A stretch of DNA of 64,000 nt from Octopus vulgaris (lineage: Eukaryota). Every line of letters starts with the position of its first letter. Position 1 is the stretch's first letter. The notes under the pieces were generated by a model that saw only the letters and a program-made list of their open reading frames with translations, had not been told where the DNA came from and made no database searches. The stretch is taken from contig OX597833.1 of the NCBI GenBank assembly GCA_951406725.2, forward strand, positions 8,370,001 to 8,434,000, given 5' to 3'. The position numbers and the translations under genes are program-made. Below are positions 41,880 through 54,457 of the stretch, one piece after another.

Positions 41880-42343
41880 CACCCGGCAGTTGCCAGGACC
41901 GCTGGACTGACTCCTGTGCAGGTGGCAAGTGAAGAAACACCATTTCGACCCTGTGCTCGAGGAGATCCATTGAGTCAAGTACACCAACATCAAAATCAAT
42001 GGAAACTGCAGTTGTGATCCCTGAGACGGTGGCATGTAAAAGCACCATCTGAACGTGGCCGATGCCAGCGCCACCTTGACTGGCTTCCGTGCCGGTGGCA
42101 CGTAAAATGCACCAATCCGATCGTGGCCGTTGCCAGCCTCGCCTGGCACCTGTGCAGGTGGCACGTAAAAAGCACCCACTACACTCACGGAGTGGTTGGC
42201 GTTAGGAAGGGCATCCAGCTGTAGAAACACTGCCAGATCAGATTGGAATCTGGTGCAGCCTTCTGGCTTCCCAGATCCCCGGTCGAACCATCCAACCCAT
42301 GCTAGCATGGAGAACGGACGTTAAACGATGATGATGATGATGA
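41880..42343 (+). mobile_element. SINE family C (modular repeat with (GAT)n tail)
   Basis: Several ggtggcacgtaaaaagcacc modules, then gcatccagctgtagaaacactgccagatcaga...cccatgctagcatgg...gttaaac(gat)n. Confidence 0.85.
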
Positions 42344-44101
42344 TAACATGGCAGTCCTGGTTTAGGACGAATGTTGCTGTAATTCAGCCCCAGGAAAAAA
42401 GAAAACAAGCAAACAATTAATTAAAGCTTTTACTGACAACAACAACACCACCACCCCAGTGTAGATGTAATTGTTGTTGATTAAAGGTGAAGGAAAGGAA
42501 AAGATACTGCAAAAGTCCTTATCTATTTCTATAAAAAAACAAACGACTGAGGTTAGTAAATCTTTAACCATAAGTCAGCTCAATCAAGACTGAGTTAAGA
42601 CTAAACCACATTATTCAAGATTTATTCCAGTTGTTGAAGATAAGTAAACGAGTGAAGACAGGTGTGAGACACACCCACATTACATGACCTTGCTTCTACA
42701 TCCCTCCTCCCACCCACATCTTTTCACTTCCCCAAAACTCTGGGTGTGACCCCTGGGTACATCTGTGACCAATGCAGTAGCAAGTGGGGATAGAATGACT
42801 GCTGACTACTAAAGTGTGATGTAGTGAGGGGTTAAGGAGCAGAAGACTGCCCCAGGAACATGGTGACCCATAACCTGCACAAGAGGAGAAGAGGGAGTGA
42901 AACACCAAGAGAGGGAGGCACTGAGGCTGTAGGGTGCCCTGAGACGGTAGTGGTCAGCCAGATAGAGGAGCAGGGTACTTCAGTGGTCAGTGTGGTTTAC
43001 TGGAGACCATCGTTGGTGCTGGGAGTGAGAGATGTTGATAGTGTACCCTAACCCCACCTCCAACACACACACACTGAACCAATGGGATGGGGGTTGATAC
43101 AGGAGTTAGCCTGATAGCTAGAAATAGGAGACAGATTTTAGTGAAACCTTTAATAAAGGAAAGGACACATTCAGTTATATGGATACCTTTCCTGAAAATT
43201 AGATGTGGTAGTCATGGTTGGAACATACTGACCCTAGATGTGTCTGATTTGAGCTGGCCTAAGGCTAAACAATAACAAAAGCATCTAGAATATACAAATA
43301 ATGTTATTAGCCTCAAACCACAGAAAAACAGCAATGGTATGGAGCAAGGGGTTATAACAGAGACTCCTTAGCTCACCTCCAGCATGGCCACTGCTAAACC
43401 TCCAAAGATCTCTCAACCTCAAACATGCCCACCACTAAGATTTCCAATAACCTGTATTGGATACAGTCATTTACCCATCACCAGGGGTGACCTGAGGGTG
43501 ACACAACCACCAACACCAGAGCCACAACAACATCAGAATCTGAGTTCAAATCCTACCAAGGCCAACTTTGCCTCTTATCCGTTCAGGGCCAATAAATAAA
43601 TTACCAGCGCAGGACAATGAATTGGTGGAATTGTTAGTAGTGACCAGTGTCCATCTCTCACTTCTATGTTAAGGTCTGTTTAATCAGGACTAACTAAGGT
43701 CACCCAACGATAACACAGAACCCACCTCCAACTGACCATTAGAAAGGGTCAGAGCATTTTGTGTACAACAACTATTCAAATAATTCAAATAAGTCTAAAT
43801 ATTTATAAACCTATCAAACACTCACTAAATATAAAAATCAGTGACAATGAATCATTTCTTAACGAGACAGATTTAGTTCAACAGTGTAGTTATTAGATTT
43901 CATACAAGCTATCTCTTGATAAACAACTGGGCTTCACTCAAATTAAATCTAATCAGGACACCCGTAATCAGTCCTAATTTAAATACCTATCAGTGTGTGT
44001 GCGTGTGTTAGACACAAATATTATTGTTTTGTGCTATTCAGCTGATTCTAACAAACCTTCACCTAGTTTCTAACGTTACCTTAACACCTTTATATCAGGA
44101 C

Positions 44102-44154
<53 letters not shown>

Positions 44155-44635
44155 TTTTTATAAAGATATATATATGTGTGTATACTTGTATGCGTGTGTG
44201 AGTACATATTAACCTGACCATTTTAATGCCTGGCTTCTCTGCTTGCTGGGGTCAAACGAAATTCTCTGAAGCTGAGTTTCTACAGCTGGGGCCTTTTCTG
44301 CCACTAAGCCTCACCTATTTCCAAGCAAGGTAACACAATTTAGGAGGGAGTTCCAAGGAGATCCACTTCTGCAACTTACCATCACTTGAATCCAAGACAA
44401 GTTTGAAGCAGATGGAATGGTTCAGAATGAACAGAAGGAACATTCCATTGAACCATGGACATTGACACACAGACAGACTAGGAACATATTATTGCTGGAA
44501 TCCAAGACAATCTGTGATAGGCAAGTCATGAGATAGGAATATCAACATCAAGTGTCCATCGAATTTTAAAGTAATGTCTGACCCATGCTAGCATGGAAAA
44601 CGGACGTTAAACGATGATGATGATGCATCATCATG

Positions 44636-44860
44636 TCATCATCATCGTTTAACGTCCGCTTCCCATGCTAGCATGGGTTGGACGGTTCAACTGGGGTCTG
44701 GGAAGCCCGAAGGGTGCACCAGGCCCAGTCAGATCTGGCAATGTTTCTACAGCTGGATGCCCTTCCTAGTGCCAACCACTCTGAGAGTGTAGTGGGTGCT
44801 TTTTATGTGCCACCAACACAGGTGCCAGACGAGGCTGGCGAACGGCCACGCTTGGATGGT
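44636..44860 (-). mobile_element. SINE family C
   Basis: Reverse-complement copy abutting a short forward tail at 44581-44625. Confidence 0.85.
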
Positions 44861-44861
44861 C

Positions 44862-45000
44862 ATAGGAAAAAATTGCAATCCAAAGTTAGTCTCTGTTCTC
44901 AATGAAGATGACCCAGACCAAAGAGCAGAGTTTTGTGAGTGGTTCTTGGCAAGATGTGTAGAAGACAACACTTTCACCACAAAGATTGTTTGGAGTGAAG
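44862..45000 (+). mobile_element. Tc1/mariner transposase fragment
   Basis: [40 protein letters not shown] resembles the segment just before the first catalytic Asp (..DDxxxRxEFCxW...ILFSDE). Confidence 0.65.
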
Positions 45001-46104
45001 GTCTGAGAATAACTTCCTCTGGTCAAAGGTTTTACCTCAAGAGTACCCAGGTAGATGGTCAAAGCCTTCATGTCTCCAGATACACAAGACTTCCACCTAA
45101 CTGAGGACCAAACCAACATATGGTGGTTTATTGAACGAGATTACAGAATGTTGAGGACGGCCTGGACAGGTTGTACTCTGTCTGTCTGTCTGTTTGTCAA
45201 TCAATCTATCAATTTACATCTCTTGTTAACAACTAGAATTATCCACCAAGGGTAGCCCCAATCGTGACCTCCACTAAACAGCTTTAGGATTTCTGGATGA
45301 CTGCTCCACCAATAGCATTGCTCTGCTGGTAAAGGGGCTACGAGTACCAGACACAGACAGCAGCAGCAGCAAATTATTCATGAGTGATAAGACTCATAAG
45401 ATTGGAGATTAATATCATTTTCATGGCATTTAGGCGACCAGGATCACAAATCTCCCCCATTGAACACTGACAACGAAAATGTGAAATGTTCGAGATTTAG
45501 TGAAGAGAATGATGATGTAAAAGGTTGAAAGTGGACAAGACAAACTGACCAGAGAATAAACCACTCAAAGAACATTTATGTAATCCCTTAACCAGCAACA
45601 CAGCACCCCTACATCACCACCTACCATCATCATTTAGTGGTGCTAGTCAAGGCTGACCCCAAAATATCTCCCCAAAGCTCCCAACCCAACATGATCACAC
45701 CAGGGTGACACACTTCATATGATGAACTTCTGAGAGAAGAACTTGTGACAGTTCCAAGTCATCCAAAATCTTCAAAAGGCAAAGGATGATACCAACTGAT
45801 ATTTTATTCCAAAGCTGTGCCAAGTTAAATCATATTTGACACTGTCTTACTGTTTGTGGGTTGAGTGATTGAAAATGCTAATGAATATTGATCTCCACAG
45901 GTGGGTCACAGAAGCTCATGACAGGAACCGTGGCGGAAAGACTTCAGATGATAAAGAAAAACAGTTACTATTGAGATCTACAGACAGTTTCTCTCTCTAA
46001 AAATATGTGTGTGTATAGACACACACATACATACATGCATATATATATGTATATATATATATAATAAAGGTGGCTGGAGGTAATTTAAAACCAAAAAGGA
46101 AATA

Positions 46105-46265
46105 CCGAATTTTAACGCGTATAAGGAACCCGTTTTTGTCAAAAATTAGGTTAAAAAAATACGGGAGTTTCTTATACATGGATAGTATTATAATCCCTTA
46201 TGAAGTCTTCTTTCCAAATGTTAAGCCCCCAAAATTAGGGGCTCCTTATACACGTTAAAATACGG
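46105..46265. mobile_element. Tc1/mariner-superfamily MITE
   Basis: TIRs ccgaattttaacgcgtataagg and ccttatacacgttaaaatacgg, flanked by TA on both sides. Confidence 0.8.
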
Positions 46266-48174
46266 TAATTCGTCGTCTCTTAAAGTGACCAAAGGTGCAA
46301 AGAGCACCAGCATTGCTAGAAGTAGGAGTCAAAGCCCCCTTAGCCACAAGAAGTCGTATGTTAAAATTTGAACCAAGAGAGACAACAACGCGCCACCATA
46401 AGCAAGATGCAAGAAATCAGTATATACATACATGAGAGAGAGAGAGAGAGAGGCACTAGACATATTAGTCAACGTATTAAGTCTATGAACCTACTAGAAA
46501 CAGCAGCCAATCCTTCTTTACATTGCACCAATTTTCTTTAATCCCTAATAAGGCCAACAAATGACCTCAGTGAATTCCCTACAAGTTCTATGTGCTTGAC
46601 ATGGAACTAACTCACAACTGGTCTTCAAAAAAGGGGAGAGGTCATTAGACATAATGTAGTCCACGATATACTCTGTGTGGAAAGAACAAAAACAAGGATG
46701 GTCTGATCTTGTGCTCAACAACGATAATAAACCTATTTGTTTCCTGTTAACAACAAATAACGAAGACATCTGTAAAAGAACCCCAAAACGAAAGAGGAAG
46801 AAGGTTGGTATTTAGCCCCGGGTCAACACTGAGCCAGCAGACTTATGATCAAAAGATATTCCAACCATGGTCGTTCCATCGTATCTTCAAGCATAATGTA
46901 ACCACATTATCTAACAATAATGTCCTTCTCTTTTTAAGACGATATGGTACGATTACGGTGAGAACTGGCTGCTATTTTTAGCAAATTGAGTAACCATGTA
47001 GAGACTCCCTGTCATCACAAAATGAAGAGGAGAGTAAACAAGGAGAAATACTTTCGTCAGCGGAATTTAGAAATAATAACAGTCCCTCGAAGTCCCATAC
47101 CTCACAAGAAAGGTATTCGGAAGTATGGGGAGGATTTACAAAAGACGAAGACAGGTGGTGTAGACAACAAACAGATGCATTAGTATAACGCTCGGGAAGT
47201 GAAAAAGGTCTTTAACGTTTCGAGCCTACGCTCTTCCACAGAAAGGGACACAGAAAGAAACAAGGAGAGAAAGTAAAGAATGTTTAATGGCTAGCGATTT
47301 AAACATGCCAAAGAAAGAAATTATAAGTTTTTTCTCTCTCTCTCTCTCAGGATCGTAATATCTGTTGTCTGCAACAGAAGAATGCTAAAAATAATCATAA
47401 TAAAGGAAAAAGATCTTTCCTTTCCATGAGGTATGGGATTTCGAAGGAGAGACAGCTATTCCGAGATTCCGCCGAAATGTGCAACCATTTTCAACAAAAC
47501 GATTATCAGTGAGATTCGGTTTCGATTCCCGGCTGCCGTCAGTTCACATACACGGCAATATGTCCGTCAAACAATAATCAATACTCTTAATTACAATATT
47601 ATTTTAAGCTAAAATCCTTCCACAATATTCCACTGTATCACTGTCTGTCAATTCAGATTTAGATTAATTAAAACACGAAATCTATAATTGATTTCATTTA
47701 TAATCACCCTTACATCATACATTCCGGATTGTGACAGATCAATAATCTAAATATTTAAAATCAATATTTTAATTATTTCGCAACCGTAATTTTTATGTAA
47801 AACGAAAAATTTATTAATCGTTCCTTACATTATGAGGTTAATTAGCTTAATAGATTTATCAAGAGTGTAATGAAAAGTGTTTAAAGCCCATTTCTCGTTG
47901 TGTAACTTCATCTGCGAGAAATAAGTCTCAGAGATACTCACTATATCTCTGACAGGCTGGTCACGGTTGGAACATGTTTCGAACAGAATTGACCCGACAC
48001 TAAACAACGTAGCCATTACCATCACGTTTTCACCTGGGACACAGTGTGTGTCTAGGGGGACATTATCGAATTTGTCCTTCCTTTACAAGACGGTAGATTT
48101 CCGCTGATACCCGTCATAAAACGGCCTATGCACCCGTTTTATTGTATCAGTGAAAGAACCTGTTATACAAGACT

Positions 48175-49036
48175 TACGAGATAGTATCAAAAAGTTCCTG
48201 AATTAGTTATGTTTAATACAAAATAACTCATTTACCCACGTTTAAACATCATCCCCTCCGAAATAGTCACCCTGCGCAGAACTACACCAGCCCCAAAGTT
48301 CCCGCCAATTTAGGGATCCAGCCTGGAAGTCGTTTTCCGTAAGCGAGTCGAGGACCTTCTGAGATTCACTCTGGATCTCGACAAAGGTGTTAAAACGGCG
48401 ACCTTTGGGCAGCATTTTTATCTTGGGGAAGAGATGAAAGTCTGCAGGTGCTAAATCTGGGGAATAGGGTGGGTGCGAAAGCGATGCCATATTCTTTCGG
48501 GCGAGAAACTGACGAATGGAAGAGCTCGGTGAAGAATCCTATTTTTCGCGCTCCACAGATCCGGTTGCTTCAAAATGTTACAGTAGAACTCTCGACTGAT
48601 GGTCTGGCCCCGGGGGACAAGTTCTCGATGCACAATACCACATTTCCGTGGGTGACACTCCAGGCAGATCTTCCAGATCGCTCATCGTCTTCCAGGAACA
48701 TTCTTCCGCTTTTGAAGCACCCGTGACCCTCGAGTCATTGCGTATGACTCATTGTCTCGTAGCTGTAAGCTTGCTGAAGCATGCTCAAGGTCCCTGTAAC
48801 AGACTTCCCAAGTTTAACACAAAATTCCATGCTGGCTCTTTGTTCCTGTCCATGACAAAATCACAGACTACAGCAGACACATAATCACAAAAACAGAAAT
48901 TTCACAACTTGTGAAGTAAACACAGCGACATCACTCAGCACACTGCCTCGTGAAGGTCACGGCTAGCTCTCACTTGCAACGCAAAGTGCTGCCATCTGTT
49001 GGCACGCTACAGAACTAGTCTGGAAACTTTGATTAT
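48175..49036 (-). mobile_element. Mariner transposon relic (internally deleted, frameshifted)
   Basis: SHPPYSPDLAPADFHLFPKIK (YSPDLAP motif) and HRELVPRGQTISREFYCNIL. Degenerate TIRs atcaaaaagttcctgaattagtt and aactagtctggaaactttgat. Confidence 0.88.
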
Positions 49037-50017
49037 TAATTTTTAAAGCTGGTTGTTCCTCAATTTCCGTAGAGAACTTTTATTTACTTTTGTTTTCATG
49101 TCCCTGTTTGCTATGAAGTCGGTGAGGTCGGTGGAAAGTGACACACACATTGACTTTTAATGTTCGTGAGTTGAATAGTGAAACACCCACTCGTTCAATG
49201 TATTCATGCAAAGGGAATGGATGTGCGTTCGAGTATGTTCAGCTCCATGTATTTGTTGCATTCACATAATCACACTTGCACAATTTATGTATTTATGCCA
49301 TGTACGTGTGTATGAAAGATAATGAGAGGGAAAGGTGCTCGTGTGTTTCACTTCTCATCGACCTCAGAGCAAACGTCGCCTTTCAACAGGACATGAAAAC
49401 AAAAGTGAATAAATAAAAGTTCTTTACGAAATTTGTCGAACAACCAGCTGTAAAAATTGATAATTTTTGGGCCATAGGCGATAGGATATCCCCATATGAG
49501 GATATCAATTTACAGCTTATTTTAAATTCTTTTCTGGCATAGGCAGGAAATAATTATAACAATCACGATTATTACTGAGAGATAAGATGTGAATAAACGT
49601 TCCTAGGGACAACGAAGGTGTAAACGGGAATCGAAACTAGACTGTAGGTCATACAATATGTTAGAAAAAGCATATTGTACAGCAACTTTCCTTCAGCTGT
49701 CTTTAAAAAAGAACACACTAGTTAATGTATATATGGTATATAAACAAACGGGATGGTCACAGTTTTGATCACAGGTCTGCTCAATTTAGGCTGACCTGGG
49801 GCTAAACAACATGCAATTAATACAGTGCCTTCCATGCCTACTTCAGACGAAAAGATTGAGGATCGATCTCTGATCGAAGTTCACGTTGATCGGTCGCTTT
49901 ACCTGGTTCCTATAAAGGTTAAGATGACCCCAGGAAATAATGAAATATTTGGTGGTTGACGAAGGGAAATCGTTGTAAACCGTTCAGAAAGGAAAACGGA
50001 TGAGAATAGAAAGTGGT

Positions 50018-50048
<31 letters not shown>

Positions 50049-52482
50049 GTATAAATACATATGTATATATATATATAATATATTCATATGCTCGTGTGTG
50101 CACGTAGACCCGAAAAACGTGAACACTTTCGTCCAGCTTGCTCGAAAACGATTAATAAATTTATACCAATTTGGGTTCTTATTTAATTCTGGATCCCAAA
50201 TTATCATATTTGACTATCCCTATATGCGAGTGTGTATGTGTCTATAAACGTATGTTTGGAAATATATATAATCTACACTCAGCTATTTTTAAAAATCCTC
50301 CCTCTCCTTCTATTTCCTAATTAATGTGGGCGGTAGGAAGGGCGAGAGGAACTGAATTAAAAGTGAAGAATAATAAAAAAGAAGAAAAAACTTCAGGCAA
50401 AACGTTGCAGAGTTGCACGTTTACAAGGACATTAGCCAAAGACCTTGAGCAGTCGGGTGGTTCTGTTTGTTAGAAACAAAGGTTACACAGAAATATTGTA
50501 CCTCAGAAAAAATACTCAAAAAGACCAGGTATATCACGTAAGAAAGGCCCAAACCCCTCGTCTTCCTCATATCTTTACCATTTTGCCCTCTTCTAGGAAA
50601 TATATTTGAGGCTTGTCAAAACTAACGGCTGTGGTGCAATAACCTTAACCTTTCTTTGATTTCAGTACTGAGGTAAGTGAAACGGAACTTTTACGATGAG
50701 AGGGAGTGACACATGAAGGGGTTTGCAGACGAAACGGGTCAGAAATAAAAATGTCAATGTCAAAGTAAAACGGGAAACGGGTGGAAATGTAATGGGACGA
50801 TTCTTATAAGACAGGTCGGGGCACGTTAGAGTGGAGGGGTTCGATTAGACCGAATATTTAACAGGGAATTTGGGACGGTTATACTAATGAAAAGACTAAT
50901 TAATTTTAATTGGATATAAGGCAACTTTTGATATCAATTAAATTAGATTTAAATAAAAAGTAAGTTTTGAGAGCAGGTGTTAAAATCGACACGAGTATTT
51001 AACTGGTACTTAACTCAACTCTCGACCTGCTAGAAAGAAAAAAAGCAGTCAAATCCTCTGAATATACTTTGGAAAATGCAATTCTAAATATACGAAAATA
51101 CGAGATGGTCACAGATGGAATGTCTTTCATCGTAGTTGTCTGCTTACTAAACAACAATAGGTACAATAAAATATATAAACGAAAACAATAATAATAATCC
51201 TTTCTACTGGAAGCAGAAGGCCTCGAATTTGGGGGAAGGGATTAAGTCGATTACATCGACCCCAGTGCGTAACTGGTACTTGTTTAATCGACGCCGAAAG
51301 GATGAAAGGCAAAGTCGACCTCGGCGGAATTTGAACTCGGGACATGAAGACAGACGAAATGCCGTGAAGTAGTTTGTCCGGTCTGCTAACGATTCGAATA
51401 ATAATAATTTTTATGTCGACATGAAGGGTGAAGGACGGGTGTTGGTGGTCGGGGTTTAGCTTTTGATAGCGTAGACGTTCGATGAAAGGCGTTCCAACTA
51501 TGACAATCACATCTTTCTTCTATTTTCTCAGCCAGAGTAGATTACATTTTCCAGTATTTCCTTCCATTCAAATATAGAAAGGGCGTAATCTGAGGGACTT
51601 TCACAGCTATTTCTAACAGGTTAAACAAACAGGTAGAGGCGCCTCCATTTGCTCCAACATTTTACAGGTTAACGAAAGGTATTATGCGTTGCACCCAGGC
51701 CCGCCCTAATCCACAGGCAGTCCAACCATGACTAAACAGTCTTTTTAAAAGCCAAGTACGACTATATTATATCAGGTACTTTGCTCTTCTTTAAAACGGT
51801 TATTTGAAGATCTGGCTGTTATCTTTAGCAGGCCTGAAAGCCTTCATAAAATTTTCCATTTCATCCAAGATGCATCATATGTCGTCTATTTTTAACAAAA
51901 CATCCAAGATTTCACCAGTTTTGCTGCTTCTGAAGAAAACTTTAATCCGGACTGAAGAAACACCAGACTTCTGCGAAGTTAGTGATTCGGTTTCGATCCT
52001 CGTCCAAAGCCACACTCTACCCCCCCCCCCCCCTACTTGATAGAAAAACATTAACCCCACACAATCAACTCAGAATTTCTACAAAATTTACTCTTTTTTT
52101 TTTGTATAAACAATATTTCTGTTCTATATTATATATATATATATATATATACACACACATTGAATGTGTGTGTGTGTGTATAAATTGTGTCCATTATTAT
52201 TCCATTTAACCCCGAGTCAACCTTGATCGAGCAAACCTATGATCATAGACATTCCAGATATGACCATCCTGTCTATTTTTTTGCATCAGGGACCAATCTG
52301 TCTAACGTGCCTTCCTCTTTTTAAGATGACACGTGTTATTTTAGGGAGACATTGGCTGCTATTTCTTGCAGACCGGGTGATCAATGTAGGAGCCCGGGGT
52401 TGTTAGAAAAGTAAATATTGGTTGTCTTTCATGAAGTAAAGCTAGAATATAGCAAAGGATATATTGAAAACGATGAACTTAC

Positions 52483-52565
52483 GAGAGTCTGTGGATGGCC
52501 CCGGCGTGGGGCGAGGCCCCGGGGAGAAGCCTGGGCAGAGAGCGAACTGATGTGAACAATGCCAT
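52483..52565 (-). CDS. GOT2: GOT2 exon 1: mitochondrial targeting peptide of aspartate aminotransferase
   Basis: ATG at 52565 reads MALFTSVRSLPRLLPGASPHAGAIHRL+TC, then a GTAAGT donor. The peptide is Arg/Ser/Leu-rich and acid-free, like a presequence. Phase 2 joins exon 2 to give [13 protein letters not shown]. Locally GC/CpG-rich. Confidence 0.9.
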
Positions 52566-52950
52566 GGTTGGGTTTCAACTGACGCTCGATGAAGGTCGGC
52601 TGCCTATAGAACAAGGAGTGGAACTTTCACTTGGCAATAACCTCACGACGAAACGAAACACAACTAGGTAAAACGTCATTTAGTTTGGCTGTTACTTAAT
52701 TTTCTCTTTTAATTCTGTGTGTTTGAGTCTTTGCGTACATTCGTGAATTCTTCAGGGATCGACACAAATGTACAAGATAAATAAAATATGATTTGGAGGC
52801 GTTCATGCCTTCCCCAGTTGTATTAAGTTCTGAGAACGTGTTGCTGGTTTAGTAAACCAACGAACCGAAATATTAGTTGTTGGTAGAGTCGTTAGATAAT
52901 CGGATAAACTATATCGTGGTATTTGTTCTGGCTCGCTGCACACTGAGTTC

Positions 52951-53239
52951 GGCATAGTTTCGGTTGTAGTAGCACAGATTTCCGTCGATTTCCGTAAAAA
53001 AACTTTTATTTTTTTACATAAGTAATGAGAGCGAAAGAGACTAAGAGGAAGCGATTTTATGACGAGAAGGTTTCACTTTGAAATCGGCCTGTGTGTGTTT
53101 GATGGGGTGTGGGAGACAGACAGTATGTTGTGTAAGTGAAGTGCTTCTGTTAGTGTGTGCGAAAAGACAGACATACATATACACATACACCGAGTACATA
53201 CATACATACATACACACACATACATACACACACACACAT

Positions 53240-53271
<32 letters not shown>

Positions 53272-53804
53272 TCATAGATACATACACACACACACATACA
53301 TGCAGACATACATATACACATACACCGAGTAAAAAATTACACTGAATCGACCATACATACATACACATACACACATACATAGATACATACACACACACAC
53401 ATACATGCAGACATACATATACACATACACCGAGTAAAAAATTACGATGAATCGGCCATACATACATACATACACACACATACATAGATACATGCATACA
53501 TACATATACACATACATGCATACATACATATACACATACACCGAGTAAAAAATCAGTTATCTCTCTCTTTCACACATTACTCTCTCTGTCTCTTCGCACA
53601 CACTAACAGAAGCACTTCACTTACACAACATACTGTCTGTCTCCCACACCCCATCAAACACACACAGGCCGATTTCAAAGTGAAACCTTCTCGTCATAAA
53701 ATCGCTTCCTCTTAGTCTCTTTCGCTCTCATTACTTATGTAAAAAAATAAAAGTTTTTTACGGAAATCGACGGAAATCTGCGCTACGACATGCGAAACTT
53801 CGCC
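52951..53804. mobile_element. Non-autonomous foldback/long-TIR DNA transposon (Mutator- or Merlin-like)
   Basis: About 220-bp TIRs (52951-~53171 and ~53585-53804), GGC...GCC termini, 8-bp TSD ctgagttc (52943-52950 and 53805-53812). It splits a SINE. The interior is ACAT/AC microsatellite with repeated acaccgagta units. Confidence 0.85.
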
Positions 53805-54089
53805 CTGAGTTCATATCCCGACGAGATCAGTATTACCGTTCATCGTTTCAGGGTCGATAAATAAAGTACCAGTTTATTTATTGATTCTTCTCTTACATTT
53901 TCCTTCTTTCTCTCTGTTCAGACCTAAACATGGATGAGCTCTGTCACGTTTAAGGCGCACTGTAAATAGTTTAATCAGAAGCTGAGGGACTAAAAAGGGA
54001 AGCAACATTATGTGCCATGAGAAGGGGGGAGACAAAGAAGTCGTGCGGGGGCAACTCAGTATCTGCCCTTTCACCGAAAAAAAAAACGT

Positions 54090-54411
54090 AGGCGTAGGAG
54101 TGACTGTGTGGTAAGTAGCTTGCTTGCCAACCACATGGTTCTGGGTTCAGTCCCACTGCGTGGCACCTTGGGCAAGTGTCTTCTACTATAGCCTTGGGCC
54201 TTGTGAGTGGATTTGGTAGATGGAAACTGAAAGAAGCCCGTCGTATATATATCAGCCGAAATTGCAAGGATGATCCGGTTCTTGACTGAAGATAAAAGGC
54301 TTTGAATGACCCGTCCGTGTTTTTTTTTTGTATCGTCTATCTGGATGTTTTGTTGTCCCCTTTTGTATCACCTAGTTGTCCAGATGTTTTGCGTTCTTGT
54401 CCCATTTATTT

Positions 54412-54457
<46 letters not shown>

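Noticed and set aside
41950-42180. CRISPR-like repeat/spacer appearance of gtggcacgtaaaaagcacc modules
   Set aside because: Eukaryotic context, no cas genes, linkers related between copies, and the modules are part of a dispersed retroposon.
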